A stretch of 64,000 bases of DNA. Source: an uncultured Actinomycetes bacterium (GTDB taxonomy: Bacteria; Actinomycetota; Thermoleophilia; UBA2241). Position 1 is the stretch's first letter, and each line of letters begins with the position of its first letter. Shown piece after piece: positions 18,063 through 28,334 of this stretch. The position numbers and the translations under genes were made by a program. The stretch lies in NCBI GenBank assembly GCA_963709345.1, contig CAVPVX010000007.1, positions 320,001 to 384,000 on the forward strand. Direction: 5' to 3'. The notes under the pieces were generated by a model. The model had not been told where the DNA came from. It did not search any database and saw nothing but the letters and a program-made list of their open reading frames with translations.

Positions 18063-19533
18063 ATGGCTTCTCAGCTGGACCTCAGCACACGGCAGCCGCT
18101 GCTGCCGCTCGGCTCCGACTTCAAAGTGACGTTCTACGACGCGGCGCGTCTGGACCGCTACCGCGACGCCGTCCTGACGGTGCTCGAGCGCACCGGCGTG
18201 CGCTTCGGCTCGCCGAAGGCGCTCGCCGTCCTCGAGGAGCACGGCGCCGAGGTCGACCGCGCGTCCGGAGTCGTGCGCTTCGCGCCCGACCTCGTGGGGC
18301 GCGCGCTCGCGAGCGCCCCGCGCGACTTCTGGCTCGGCTCCCGCGACGGCACGCTCGACCTCGACCTCGCCGGCGACGAGACCTTCAACACGACCAACGG
18401 CTGCGGCACCGAGGTGATCGACTGGCGGACCGGCGTGCGCCGGCCGCCGACCAAGGACGACCTCTCGGCCATCACGCGGATGGTGGACTACCTGGGCTCG
18501 CTCCAGTTCTGGTGGCCCAACGTCGCCGCCGCCGACTGCGGCGACACCCACACCCTGCACGAGCTCGACGCGGCCTGGAACAACACGCAGAAGCACCTCC
18601 AGGGCATGGTGCAGGGCGAGCGCAAGGCGCGCTACGCGGTCGAGATGGCGACGGTGATCGCGGGAGGGGCGGAGCAGCTGCGCCGCCGCCCCCCGATGAG
18701 CGACCTCATCGGCACGGTCCAGCCGCTCGTCAACGACAAGGAAGGCATCGAGGCCGCGCTCGTGTTCGCCGCGGCCGGCATCCCCGTGTGCTTCGTGACC
18801 ATGCCCACCTACGGGACGACGGCGCCGGCGACCAAGGCCGGCGCCCTCGTGATGGGCTTCGCCGAGCTCATCAGCGCCGACGGTGTGCGTGCAGCTGGCG
18901 CATCCCGGCGCCCCGGTCATCCTCTTCCCCCTGCCGGTCCACGCCGACCCGCGCACGGCCGCGCTGGCGACGGCGCCTCTGAACCACCGCGGCCTCTTCC
19001 TGCCCGGCGAGCTCGTCCATCACTTCGGCCTGCCGTCGATGACGGGGTACGCCGGCACCGACGACGACCTGCCCGGCAGCTGGCTGGCCGCGGCGGAGAC
19101 GGCGCACACGGTCATGCTCGCCGGCATCGTCGGCTCGGAATTGATGACCACCATCGGCCTCACCAACCGGTACCAGCTGTTCACGCCCGAGCACATGATG
19201 CTCGACGACGACCTCTACCGGCGCGCGACGAGCGCGTTTCGCGACCTGGAACTGGACGAGGAGACGCTGGCGCTCGACGTCATCGACGCCGTCGGGCCCG
19301 GCGGGCACTTCCTGGGACAGCCGCACACCCGCCGTCACATGAAGGAGACCGTGGAGCGCTCGATCGGTCAGGAGATCGGCCCGGACGGCGCGCACCTGCG
19401 GGATGCGCTCGAGGTCGCGCGCGAGCGCGGCCTCGACATCCTCGAGAACTACGCGCCGGAGCCGCTGGACGCGGCCAAGGCGGCGGAACTCGCGAGGATC
19501 TGCGCCGCCGCGGACGCGGAACTGCGCGGGTAG
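18063..19533 (+). CDS. mttB: MttB-superfamily methyltransferase, non-Pyl (Gly at the Pyl site), +1 frameshift near 18878
   Basis: VLERTGVRF, TTAPATKAG, LALDVIDAVGPGGHFL.QPHT motifs. The frame switches at AELISA/TVCVQLAHPGAP; the paralog at 23919 is intact there. Confidence 0.8.
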
Positions 19534-19601
19534 GGCGGCGGGGCAGGGCGCTGAGCCACAGCCCGCGGTCGGACCGCGAGCTGCTCAGCCGAAGCCCGGG
19601 G

Positions 19602-20222
19602 TCAGTCCGGGTCGCCGCCAGACTCGACGTACCCGAACACCAGACGCCGCCAGAGATCGAAGGCGGGGCCGACGTCGAGGTCGGGGTCGGCCTGCACCTG
19701 CAAGGCGACTCCGTCGGCGATGGCCACGGTGAGCATCGCCAGCGGCTCGATGTGAGCGGGCGGCTCCTTGTCCACCGCATCCTTGAGCGCCCAGGCGTCG
19801 AGGCGTCGGTACCACTCGAAGAGGTCGCGCAGATGCGGCCGCAGGTGCTCGTCGCGGATGACGTGAGGGATGACCTCGAAGAACATGCGGTACGCATCCC
19901 GGTCTTTCGGCAGACCCTCGTGCAGGCGCATGAGCTGCGTCCGCCGCTCGTCCCCCGCCGGCACCGTCGTCAGCTGCTCGATGAGGTCCACGCTCTCCTG
20001 GTAGAGCACCGAGTCGACCAGCGCCGTAAGCAGACCCGCCTTGTTGCCGAAGTGGTAGCGGATCAGAGCGGGGTTCTCTCCGGCCTCGCGAGCGATGGTC
20101 GAGAACGTCAGCGCGCGAAACCCGTCGCGAAACAGCACGCGCTTGGCGGCGTCCAGGATGCGCACCGCCGTCGGCGGCAGATCCGGCGTTGGATCGCTTA
20201 TCGGCAGCTCGTACCTTCCCAT
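19602..20222 (-). CDS. TetR-family transcriptional regulator
   Basis: RILDAAKRVLFRDGFRALTFSTIAREAGENPALIRYHFGNKAGL HTH; divergent from the mtbB3 operon. Confidence 0.9.
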   Translation of the reverse strand: MGRYELPISDPTPDLPPTAVRILDAAKRVLFRDGFRALTFSTIAREAGENPALIRYHFGNKAGLLTALVDSVLYQESVDLIEQLTTVPAGDERRTQLMRLHEGLPKDRDAYRMFFEVIPHVIRDEHLRPHLRDLFEWYRRLDAWALKDAVDKEPPAHIEPLAMLTVAIADGVALQVQADPDLDVGPAFDLWRRLVFGYVESGGDPD

Positions 20223-20300
20223 CGCCCCGCCCCTTTCTGCACGCGCGGCGCCTCCCGGGGCGCCGGCGCCCCGGCCGGCGCCGTGCGCAAGCGCCGACGC

Positions 20301-20356
20301 TTGACAGCCTCCGGTCGTCTGCTAGTCTACCGCATCAGTTAGTTGTGTGACTAACT
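20301..20356 (+). promoter_or_regulatory. promoter and palindromic operator of the mtbB3-mttB-corrinoid operon
   Basis: TTGACA-16 nt-TAGTCT with extended -10 TG; inverted repeat AGTTAGT-TGTGTG-ACTAACT at 20337-20356. Confidence 0.7.
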
Positions 20357-20385
20357 AATCATCGCCTTCACCCTGGAGGTACCAT

Positions 20386-21783
20386 TTGGAACGGTCCGTG
20401 CGCACACGACTCGGCGACGGCTCGCTCGTCGAGATGACGCCGAGCGAGATCCGCGCCGATCTCGTCGAGGGTATGGAGCTCGGCGCCCGCCGCGCCAAGG
20501 CCCCACCGCTGAGCGAGGCCGAGATCGACCACCTGCTCGACATCTTCGCCAGCGAGGCGAAGTTCAGCGCCGTCGACATGGGCGACGAGATCGTGCTCAG
20601 CTTCGACGGCACGGGCAATCTCGACTCCGGTGCGCGCGTCGACGAGCTCTACAGCTACCAGAGCCACCGCGGCGCCGACATGCTCGAGCTCTTCTCCATC
20701 GACTACTCGTACAAGGCGATCAAGACGATCCTGAGCTACGAGACCCAGGTGATGAAGGTCGCCCAGCTCAACACGCTGGCGCCGCTGCAGTACGGCGCCA
20801 TGCCCGACCTGGGCCGCTACTCCATGCCCGACGGCCCTATCCCCAACTGGTCGGAGCTCATGCCGCTCGGCCGCATCGAGGAAGCGCGCGACGCGCAGGT
20901 GGCGGCCATCGACCATGCCGTCGCCGACATGGTCTTCGTCGCCGAGGGCATGTGGGAGGCCGGCGCCGACGGCATGGACTTCGACACCGCTGCCGCGGCC
21001 GGCGACGGCGATCTGCTTGCCACGCTCACCGCGGTCGAGAAGATCAAGCACAGGCACCCCGACTGCGGGATCGAGCTCGGGATGGCCAGCGAGTGCGTCC
21101 TCGGGATGCACGGCGAGCTCACCTACAAGGGCCGGCGCCTCGCCGGGATGTGGCCCCAGGACCAGGTCCAGGTCGCCCAGGAGGCCGGCGCCACCATCTT
21201 CGGTCCGGCGGTCAACGTCAACACGACGAAGAGCGTGGCCTGGAACGTGGCGCGCGCCTGCACGATCATCAAGCCGGCGATGGCGGTCGCCGAGATCCCC
21301 GTGCACCCGAACGTGGGCATGGGCGTCGGCGGCGTGCCGATGAGCCCCTATCCCCCAGCCGACGCCGTGTCTCGCGTCTCGCGCGCACTGGTGGACATCC
21401 TCAAGTGCGACGGGTTGTAGGTGGGCGTGGGTGACCCTCTGGGCATGGCGTGCACGCACGCGCTCGCCTCGGGCATGGGTGGAATGCGGACCGCCGGAGA
21501 TCTGGTGGGCCGCATGCAGATGACCCGGGGCATGCGCCTCAAGCAAGCCAAGACCTACGTGGCCGGCAAGCTCGGCGTCTCCGTCGCCGACCTCGCCGAC
21601 CCCATCGCCATGCACGACGTGCGCCGGGACCTCGGCCTCGGCCGCATCCCGGTGCAGGAGCTCACGTACTCGACGCACGCCGGCGCCATGGAGGCGAAGT
21701 TCCACATCGCCGAGGTGCTGGGCGTCCCGATCAACAGCGTCACGCGCTTCCAGGAGTGCGCCGGGCTGCACACCCGGGCCTGA
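20386..21783 (+). CDS. mtbB: MtbB-family methyltransferase copy 3, pyrrolysine-containing (amber 21418-21420), 465 aa
   Basis: TTG start after [39 protein letters not shown]. Confidence 0.92.
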
Positions 21784-21811
21784 TGAAGCTCACGAGCAAA
21801 GGAGGGCCGCT

Positions 21812-23281
21812 GTGAAGCGGAACCTGCACGCCGGCGGCGCCCGCAGCCGCGGGCTGAGCGTCAACGTGTTCACCGACGCCGAACTGGACGAGATCCACCT
21901 CGCCACGCTCGAGGTGCTCGAGCGCACCGGCGTCTTCGTCGAGGACGGCGAGGCGATCGACATCTTCAAGGACGGCGGCTGCCGGGTCGACCGCGAGACG
22001 CGGATGGTCCACATCCCCCCGTTCGTCACCGAGGACGCGATCCGGTCGGCGCCCAGCAGGTACACCCTGTACGGGCGCGACCCGAAGAACGACGTCGTCA
22101 TGGAGCCGGGGCGGGTCGCCTTCACGAACTTCAGCGAAGGCCTCCGCGTGATCGACCCGGAGACGGGCGAGCAGCGCGAGTCCACCAAGCAGGACATCGC
22201 CGACATCGCCCGCCTCAACGATTACCTCAGCGAGATGGACACGCACGAGATCTCCGTCGGCGCCGCGGGAGTGCCGCCGTCCACGTGCGCGGTCCACAAC
22301 AGCGAGATGCAGTTCCTCAACACCACCAAGCCGATCGGCGTCGGTCCGCTCAGCCGGCTCGAGGTCAACGCGATCTTCCGTATGGCCGCGGAGATCGTCG
22401 GCGGCGAGGACGAGCTGCGCGAGCGGCCCATCCTGTACAGCGGGGTCTGCCCCGTCAGCCCGCTCAAGCTGCCGCGCGACGTGACCGAGGTGGTCATCGA
22501 GTCGTCGCGCTGGTGGATCCCGGACAACATCCTCAGCATGGCCATGGCCGGCGGATCCAGCCCGGTCACCCTGGCCGGCTCGCTCGTCACGCACAACGCC
22601 GAGGTGCTGGCCGGCATCACGCTGGCCCAGCTCACCGAGCGCGGCTGCCCCGTCATGTACGGCAGCTCGACCACCGCCATGGACCTCAAGCTCGCAGCCG
22701 CATCCGTCGGCTCGCCGGAGATCTCGCTGATCAGCGCCGCGGTGGCGCAGATGGCGCGGCGCTACCTGCTCCCCAGCTTCGTGGCCGGGTTGTAGACGGA
22801 TTCCAAGCTCGGTGACGCGCAGGCCGGTCACGAGAAGACCCTCACCGGACTCACGGCAGCGTTGGCAGGGGCCAACCTGATCTACGGGGCGGGGATGATC
22901 GAATCGGGCGTCACCTTCGACAGTGCGCAGTTCGTGATGGACAACGAGATCGCACGCATGATCAAGCACGTGGTCGGCGGCATTCGCGTGGACGACGAAA
23001 GCCTGGCGGTGGAGGACATCGCCAAGGTCGGCGCGTTCGGCGACTTCCTGAGCCTCGACGCGACGCTGACACACATGCGCGAGCTCAGCCAGCCGACGGT
23101 GCTCGACAGGCGCGTGCGCGAAGACTGGGAGGCGCGCGGGTCGACCGACCTCTACACCCGGTGCCTCGAGACCGCGCGCGACGTCCTGCATGAGTACCGG
23201 CCCGAGCCGGTACCCAACGACGTCGCCGCACGCATCCATGCCATCGTCGAAGAGACCGACCGCGCCGCCGGCGTCGGCTGA
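21812..23281 (+). CDS. mttB: trimethylamine:corrinoid methyltransferase MttB, pyrrolysine-containing (amber 22793-22795, codon 328), 489 aa
   Basis: YLLPSFVAGL*TDSKLGDAQAGHEKT...ALAGANLIYGAGM matches the canonical Pyl-MttB AGx-O-(S/T)DxK...AGHE pattern; SMAMAGGSSPVTLAG and HNAEVLAGI motifs. Confidence 0.93.
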
Positions 23282-23292
23282 AGGAGACCCGT

Positions 23293-23919
23293 ATGAACGA
23301 CCAGCTCAAGCAGGCCATCATCGCCGGCGACGCCGATGTGGCCACCGCACTCACGACGGCGCTCCTCGCCACCGGGGCCACGGCGCGGGAGATCCTCGAC
23401 TCCGCCCTGCTCCCCGGCATGGAGGTCGTCGGCACGCGCATGCGTGACGGCGAGTGCTTCATCCCCGAGGTGCTGCTCTCCGCCCGCGTCATGCAGGCCT
23501 GCCTCGACCTGCTGCGCCCGCACATGGCCGCCGGCGACGAGGCCGGCGGCGGCGTGGTCGTGATCGGCACCGTCGAGGGCGACCTGCACGACATCGGCAA
23601 GAACCTCGTCGGCATGCTCCTGCAGGGGGCCGGCTTCACGGTCGTCAACCTCGGCACCGGGGTGACGGCGGCCGACTTCGTCGCCGCCGTCAAGGAGCAC
23701 GCGCCGAAGATCATCGGCATGAGCGCCCTGCTCACGACCACCCTGCCGCACATGGCCGAGACGATCGCCGCGCTCAAGGCCGAGGGCCTGCGCGACTCCG
23801 TCAAGGTGATGGTCGGCGGCGCCCCGGTGACCGCCGCCTACGCCGACGAGATCGGCGCCGACGGCTACGGCGCCAACGCCGGCATGGCGGTGGAGCGGGC
23901 GAAGGAGCTGGTGGGGTAG
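23293..23919 (+). CDS. methylamine-type corrinoid (B12-binding) protein, MttC/MtbC-like
   Basis: FIPEVLLSA cap domain; GTVEGDLHDIGKNLV; SALLTTT; VMVGGAPV. Terminal TAG overlaps the next GTG. Confidence 0.92.
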   Translation: MNDQLKQAIIAGDADVATALTTALLATGATAREILDSALLPGMEVVGTRMRDGECFIPEVLLSARVMQACLDLLRPHMAAGDEAGGGVVVIGTVEGDLHDIGKNLVGMLLQGAGFTVVNLGTGVTAADFVAAVKEHAPKIIGMSALLTTTLPHMAETIAALKAEGLRDSVKVMVGGAPVTAAYADEIGADGYGANAGMAVERAKELVG

Positions 23920-25412
23920 TGCCCGCGCCGCCACCCGCGGGCGCTCCTGCAGAACAGGCCGGACCGCGGCAGCAGCCGTTGGCGCCCCTGCGGTCCGACT
24001 TCCCGTGGCGCTTCCATGACGAGGCGGAAGTGGAGCCGCTACGCGAAGCGACCCTTCGGCTCCTCGAGACGACGGGCGTGCGTTTCGAGTCGCCAAAGGC
24101 GCTCGCGATCCTGAAGAGAGCCGGCGCCAGGGTGGACGAGGGTTCCGACCTCGTCCGTCTGCCTCGCCGGCTGGTCGCCGAGGCGCTCGCCCTGGCGCCG
24201 CGGCGGTTCACGCTCGGCGCCCGGGACGCCGCCTGCGACCTCGAGCTCGGCTCCAGCGCGACATACGGCACTACCGACGGCTGCGGCGTGGAGGTCGTCG
24301 ACTGGCACTCAGGCGAGCGTCGCTCGTCCACCAAGGCCGACCTCGAGGCGATCACGCGTATGCAGGACTGCCTCGGCTCCATCTGCTACTGGTGGCCCAC
24401 GGTGAGCGCCGGCGACTGCGGTGAGACGGCCCAGCTCCACGAGATCGAGGCCGGCTGGAACAACACGAGCAAGCACCTCATGGGCATGGTGCAGGGCGAG
24501 GCGCTGGCGAAGGCGGCCGTCGAGATGGCGACCACCGTGGCCGGCGGGGCCGAAGAGCTCCGCCGCCGACCTGTCATGAGCGACCTCATCGGCACGGTCT
24601 CGCCGCTCACGCACGACAAGGACGGGATCGAGGCCGGCCTGGTCTTCGCCGAGGCCGGCATCCCCGTCTGCTACGTCACCATGCCGAACCTCGGCACGAC
24701 GGCGCCGGCGACCAAGGCCGGAGCCTTCGTCGTGGGCGCCGCCGAGATCGTCGCCGCGGCGGTACTCCATGAACTCGCTTCGCCCGGCGCACCGGTGATC
24801 GGGTCGATCATGCAGATCTACGCCGACCCGCGCACGGCGCTCACCATGACATCCCCCCTCGACGACCGCTGCCGCTTCCTGGCCACGGAGCTGCTGCACA
24901 GCTTCGGCCTCCCGGCGCTCGGGCCGTTCGGCGGCACCGATGCGGCGGCGCCGGGGACATGGCTCGCCGGCGTCGAGACGATGCTCCAGTTGTTGCAGGT
25001 GCCGCTCGACGGCTGCGAGCTGTACACCGGTATCGGTCTCACCAACACGTATCAGCTGTTCACGCCCGAGGCCCTGATCCTCGACGACGATCTCTACCAC
25101 CGCGCGAGGCACGCCTTCCTCGACATCCCCATGGATGAGGAGTCGCTCGCGCTTGACGTGATCGAGGCCGTGGGTCCCGGAGGGCACTTCCTCGCCCAGC
25201 CACATACGCGCCGGCACATGCCAGACGCGGTCCTGCGCGCGGTGAGCCAGGAGATCGGCCCCGACGGCCAGCACTACCGCGACCCGGTGGAGGTGGCGCG
25301 AGAGCGCGCGCTGGCCATCCTCGAGCGCTACGTCCCGCAACCGCTGGAGGAGAACGCTCAGGCGGAACTGCGAAGGATCGTCGCAGCGGCAGACCGCGCG
25401 GTGCGCGGCTAG
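23919..25412 (+). CDS. mttB: MttB-superfamily methyltransferase, non-Pyl (Gly at the Pyl site)
   Basis: Close paralog of the 18063 gene; FGLPALGPFGGTDA aligns with the Pyl region; GPGGHFLAQPHT. Confidence 0.85.
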   Translation: MPAPPPAGAPAEQAGPRQQPLAPLRSDFPWRFHDEAEVEPLREATLRLLETTGVRFESPKALAILKRAGARVDEGSDLVRLPRRLVAEALALAPRRFTLGARDAACDLELGSSATYGTTDGCGVEVVDWHSGERRSSTKADLEAITRMQDCLGSICYWWPTVSAGDCGETAQLHEIEAGWNNTSKHLMGMVQGEALAKAAVEMATTVAGGAEELRRRPVMSDLIGTVSPLTHDKDGIEAGLVFAEAGIPVCYVTMPNLGTTAPATKAGAFVVGAAEIVAAAVLHELASPGAPVIGSIMQIYADPRTALTMTSPLDDRCRFLATELLHSFGLPALGPFGGTDAAAPGTWLAGVETMLQLLQVPLDGCELYTGIGLTNTYQLFTPEALILDDDLYHRARHAFLDIPMDEESLALDVIEAVGPGGHFLAQPHTRRHMPDAVLRAVSQEIGPDGQHYRDPVEVARERALAILERYVPQPLEENAQAELRRIVAAADRAVRG

Positions 25413-25439
25413 CGCTCGCAAGCGCCTCGCCGCCCCCGT

Positions 25440-26249
25440 CTACTCGAGCAGCATGCGGTCGACGGCGAACGCCTCGCCGGCGACCTCGTGGAACTTCTCG
25501 ACGAGGTCGCTCACCTGGAGCGCCGCCTTCTGCTCCTTGTCGATATCGAGGACGACGCGACCGCCGTGCATCATGACGAGACGGTCGCCGTAGCGCAGCG
25601 CCAGCTCCATGTTGTGCGTCACCATGAGCGTCGTGAGGCCGCGCTCGGCGATGATCGCGGCCGTGAGGTCCATGATCGTGGCCGCGACCTTTGGGTCGAG
25701 CGCGGCCGTGTGCTCGTCGAGCAGCAGGAGGCTCGGCTCGGCGATGGTCGCCATGAGCAGCGACATCGCCTGCCGCTGGCCGCCGGAGAGCTTGTTGACG
25801 CCGGCTTTGAGCCGGTCCTCCAAGCCCATACCGAGTCGTGAGAGCTGCGCGCGCATGACCTCACGGCGGCGGTGCGTCACGCCGCGACGCAGGCCGCTGC
25901 GCTTCTGGCGCATCAGCGAGATGGCGAGATTCTCCTCGATGGTCATCGACGGCGCCGTGCCGGCGCGGGGATCCTGGAACACCCTGCCGATCAGGCGACT
26001 GCGCACGTGCTCGGCCTGCCGCGTGACGTCGCGGTCACCGAGTTGGACCTTGCCGGCGCTGACGGGGAAGGTGCCGGCGACCGCGTTGAGCAGCGTCGAC
26101 TTGCCCGAGCCATTGGAGCCGATGATCGTCACGAACTGGTCCGCGGGGACGACCAGATCGATCCCGTTGAGGGCGACGACCTCGTTGGCCGTGCCGGGGA
26201 AGAACACCTTGCGCAGCCCGCTTATCTCGAGGGGAGCCGGGGCGCTCAC
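25440..26249 (-). CDS. ABC transporter ATP-binding protein
   Basis: GSNGSGKST, LSGGQRQ, LLLLDEHTAALDP motifs. Confidence 0.92.
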   Translation of the reverse strand: MSAPAPLEISGLRKVFFPGTANEVVALNGIDLVVPADQFVTIIGSNGSGKSTLLNAVAGTFPVSAGKVQLGDRDVTRQAEHVRSRLIGRVFQDPRAGTAPSMTIEENLAISLMRQKRSGLRRGVTHRRREVMRAQLSRLGMGLEDRLKAGVNKLSGGQRQAMSLLMATIAEPSLLLLDEHTAALDPKVAATIMDLTAAIIAERGLTTLMVTHNMELALRYGDRLVMMHGGRVVLDIDKEQKAALQVSDLVEKFHEVAGEAFAVDRMLLE

Positions 26250-27148
26250 AGCCGCACCACCTTGCGGCGGACGGTGGGTATGGAGAGCGCGATGACGACG
26301 AGCAGCGCCGTGAGCAGCTTGAGATCGGTGGGCGCGATGCCGAGGCGCAGGCTGATGGCTATGAGCAGCCTGTACACGATGGAGCCACCGATGACGCTGA
26401 AGAGCACCCAGCTGACACTGCGCACGCCGAAGATGACCTCGCCCATGATCACCCCGGCGAGGCCGGCGACGATCGTCCCGATACCCATGCCCACATCGGC
26501 GAAGCCCTGCTGCTGGGCGACCAGCGACCCGGTCAGGGCGACGAGCCCGTTGGCGATGGACAGCCCGACGATGCGCGTGAAGTTGGTGTTGGTGCCCATG
26601 GCCCGGATCATCTGCTCGTTGTCGCCGGTGGCCAGCAGCGTGAGCCCGAACTCCGTGTGCAGCAGCCAGTCGAGGATGTACTTGACGACGATGGCGAGCG
26701 CGGCGACGACGAGGACGACGTTCCACCCGACCATGGTGAGCGAGAACAGCGCCCCGATCTTGTCGAAGATGACCTCGACACCGAGCAGCGGGGTGTTGCT
26801 GCGCCCCATGATCCGCAGGTTGACGGTGTACAGCGCCGTCATCGTGAGGATGCCGGCGAGCAGCTTGGGACCGTAGTTGGTCGAGTTGTTGTCCCCGGAC
26901 TTGAGCAGCAGATGCAGGAAGCCGGTGACGACCCCGGCGCAAAGCCCCGCGCCCACGCCGGCGGCGGTGGCGACGAGCGGCGACTGCCCGCTCACGATGA
27001 GCGCTCCCGTGACGGCGGCTCCAAGCGGCAGACTGCCGTCGACGGTGAGGTCGGGAAAATCGAGGACGCGGAAGGTGAGGAAGACGCCGAGCACCATGAA
27101 GCAGTAGATGAGGCCCTGCTCGAGGGCGCTGGACATGATCACTTCCAC
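26246..27148 (-). CDS. ABC transporter permease (TrpY/aromatic amino acid-type family)
   Basis: FRVLDFPDLTVDGS.PLG; GFADVGMGIG; multiple transmembrane segments. Confidence 0.9.
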   Translation of the reverse strand: MEVIMSSALEQGLIYCFMVLGVFLTFRVLDFPDLTVDGSLPLGAAVTGALIVSGQSPLVATAAGVGAGLCAGVVTGFLHLLLKSGDNNSTNYGPKLLAGILTMTALYTVNLRIMGRSNTPLLGVEVIFDKIGALFSLTMVGWNVVLVVAALAIVVKYILDWLLHTEFGLTLLATGDNEQMIRAMGTNTNFTRIVGLSIANGLVALTGSLVAQQQGFADVGMGIGTIVAGLAGVIMGEVIFGVRSVSWVLFSVIGGSIVYRLLIAISLRLGIAPTDLKLLTALLVVIALSIPTVRRKVVRL

Positions 27149-27166
27149 GTGCCGCTCACTTCCGTA

Positions 27167-27205
27167 GTCGGGGCCGGGACCGCTGTTCGCGGTCCCGGCC
27201 CCGAC
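27167..27205. terminator. intercistronic 17-bp hairpin after the substrate-binding protein gene
   Basis: GTCGGGGCCGGGACCGC-TGTTC-GCGGTCCCGGCCCCGAC. Confidence 0.6.
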
Positions 27206-27245
27206 GATTCTATCGTGCCTGCGCCCATTGTGGCCGCCAGACGCC

Positions 27246-28256
27246 TCAGAACTTGCTGACGGCCTCGCTCACGAGGTCGGCCGGGATGGTGACGCCCTGG
27301 TCCGCGGCGGCCGTCTCGTTGATCGAGAGCTGCAGGTTGGCCGCGTACTCCACCGGGATCTCCGCGATCGGCGTGCCGCCGAGGATCATCGCGGCCTGGT
27401 AGCCGGCCTGCATGCCGAGATCCTTGTAGTCGAAGCCGTACCCGGCGGCAGCGCCGCGCTTGACGCTGTCGGTGTCGCCGGCGAGCAGCGGGATCTTGGC
27501 CTCGTTGCAGACCTTGACGATCGCCTCGAGGGCGGTGACGGCGGTGTTGTCGCCGATCACGGCGATGGCGTCGACGCGGCCGACGAGCGACTTGGCAGCG
27601 GCCTGCACCTCGGAGGAGTTGCCTGCCGTGGCGTCGACGATCTCGAGCCCCATGGCGCCTGCGGCCTCTTTGGCGGCCTCCACGATGTAGACCGAGTTGG
27701 ACTCGCCGGCGTTGTAGACGATGCCGACCGACTTGGCGTCGGGGTTGAACTGCTTCGCCAGTTCAAGGATGGGCTCGACGGGCTGCAGGTCGCTGACGCC
27801 CGTGACGTTGGCATCGGGCGACTCGGGGTTCGCGACCAGACCGGCGCCCACGGGGTCGGTCACGGCGGTGAAGACGATCGGCGTCGTCTTGTCGGCCTTC
27901 ACCACCGCCTGGGTGGTCGGGGTCGCGACGCCGAGAATCAGATCGAGCCCGTCGGCGGCGAACTTCTGGGCGATGCTGGCGGTCGTCGCCATGTCGCCCT
28001 CGGCGTTCTGCATGTCGTAGGTGACGTTGCTGAAGCCCTTCTCGGCGAGGGCTTCCTTGAAGCCTTCGACGGCGGCGTCGAGCGCCGGGTGGCTGACGAT
28101 CTGCGTGATACCGATCTTGTACGCTTTGGTGGTGTCGGCGCTGGCGCTCGGGCTGCTCTCGGTGTCCCCGTCGCCGCCGCAACCGGCGATGACGCCGGCG
28201 AGGGCCACGATGGCGAGCAGCGCCATGAGCAGGCTCAGCTTGAATGCGCGAGGCAT
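27246..28256 (-). CDS. ABC transporter substrate-binding lipoprotein (TrpX-like, ABC_sub_bind)
   Basis: IAGC lipobox; IGITQIVSHPALDA; TAVTDPVGAGLV; NVTGVSD; AAGGAG RBS. Confidence 0.9.
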   Translation of the reverse strand: MPRAFKLSLLMALLAIVALAGVIAGCGGDGDTESSPSASADTTKAYKIGITQIVSHPALDAAVEGFKEALAEKGFSNVTYDMQNAEGDMATTASIAQKFAADGLDLILGVATPTTQAVVKADKTTPIVFTAVTDPVGAGLVANPESPDANVTGVSDLQPVEPILELAKQFNPDAKSVGIVYNAGESNSVYIVEAAKEAAGAMGLEIVDATAGNSSEVQAAAKSLVGRVDAIAVIGDNTAVTALEAIVKVCNEAKIPLLAGDTDSVKRGAAAGYGFDYKDLGMQAGYQAAMILGGTPIAEIPVEYAANLQLSINETAAADQGVTIPADLVSEAVSKF

Positions 28257-28334
28257 CGTTCTCCTTTTTCCTGTTGTCCACGGACGAATGCGACATTCTA
28301 GTGCGCGGCGCCCGCCGGGCACAACCCCCAGGCT

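Noticed and set aside
18063-20342. 759-aa ORF as an MttB fusion
   Set aside because: Artefact of the +1 frameshift near 18878 running into the antisense of tetR.
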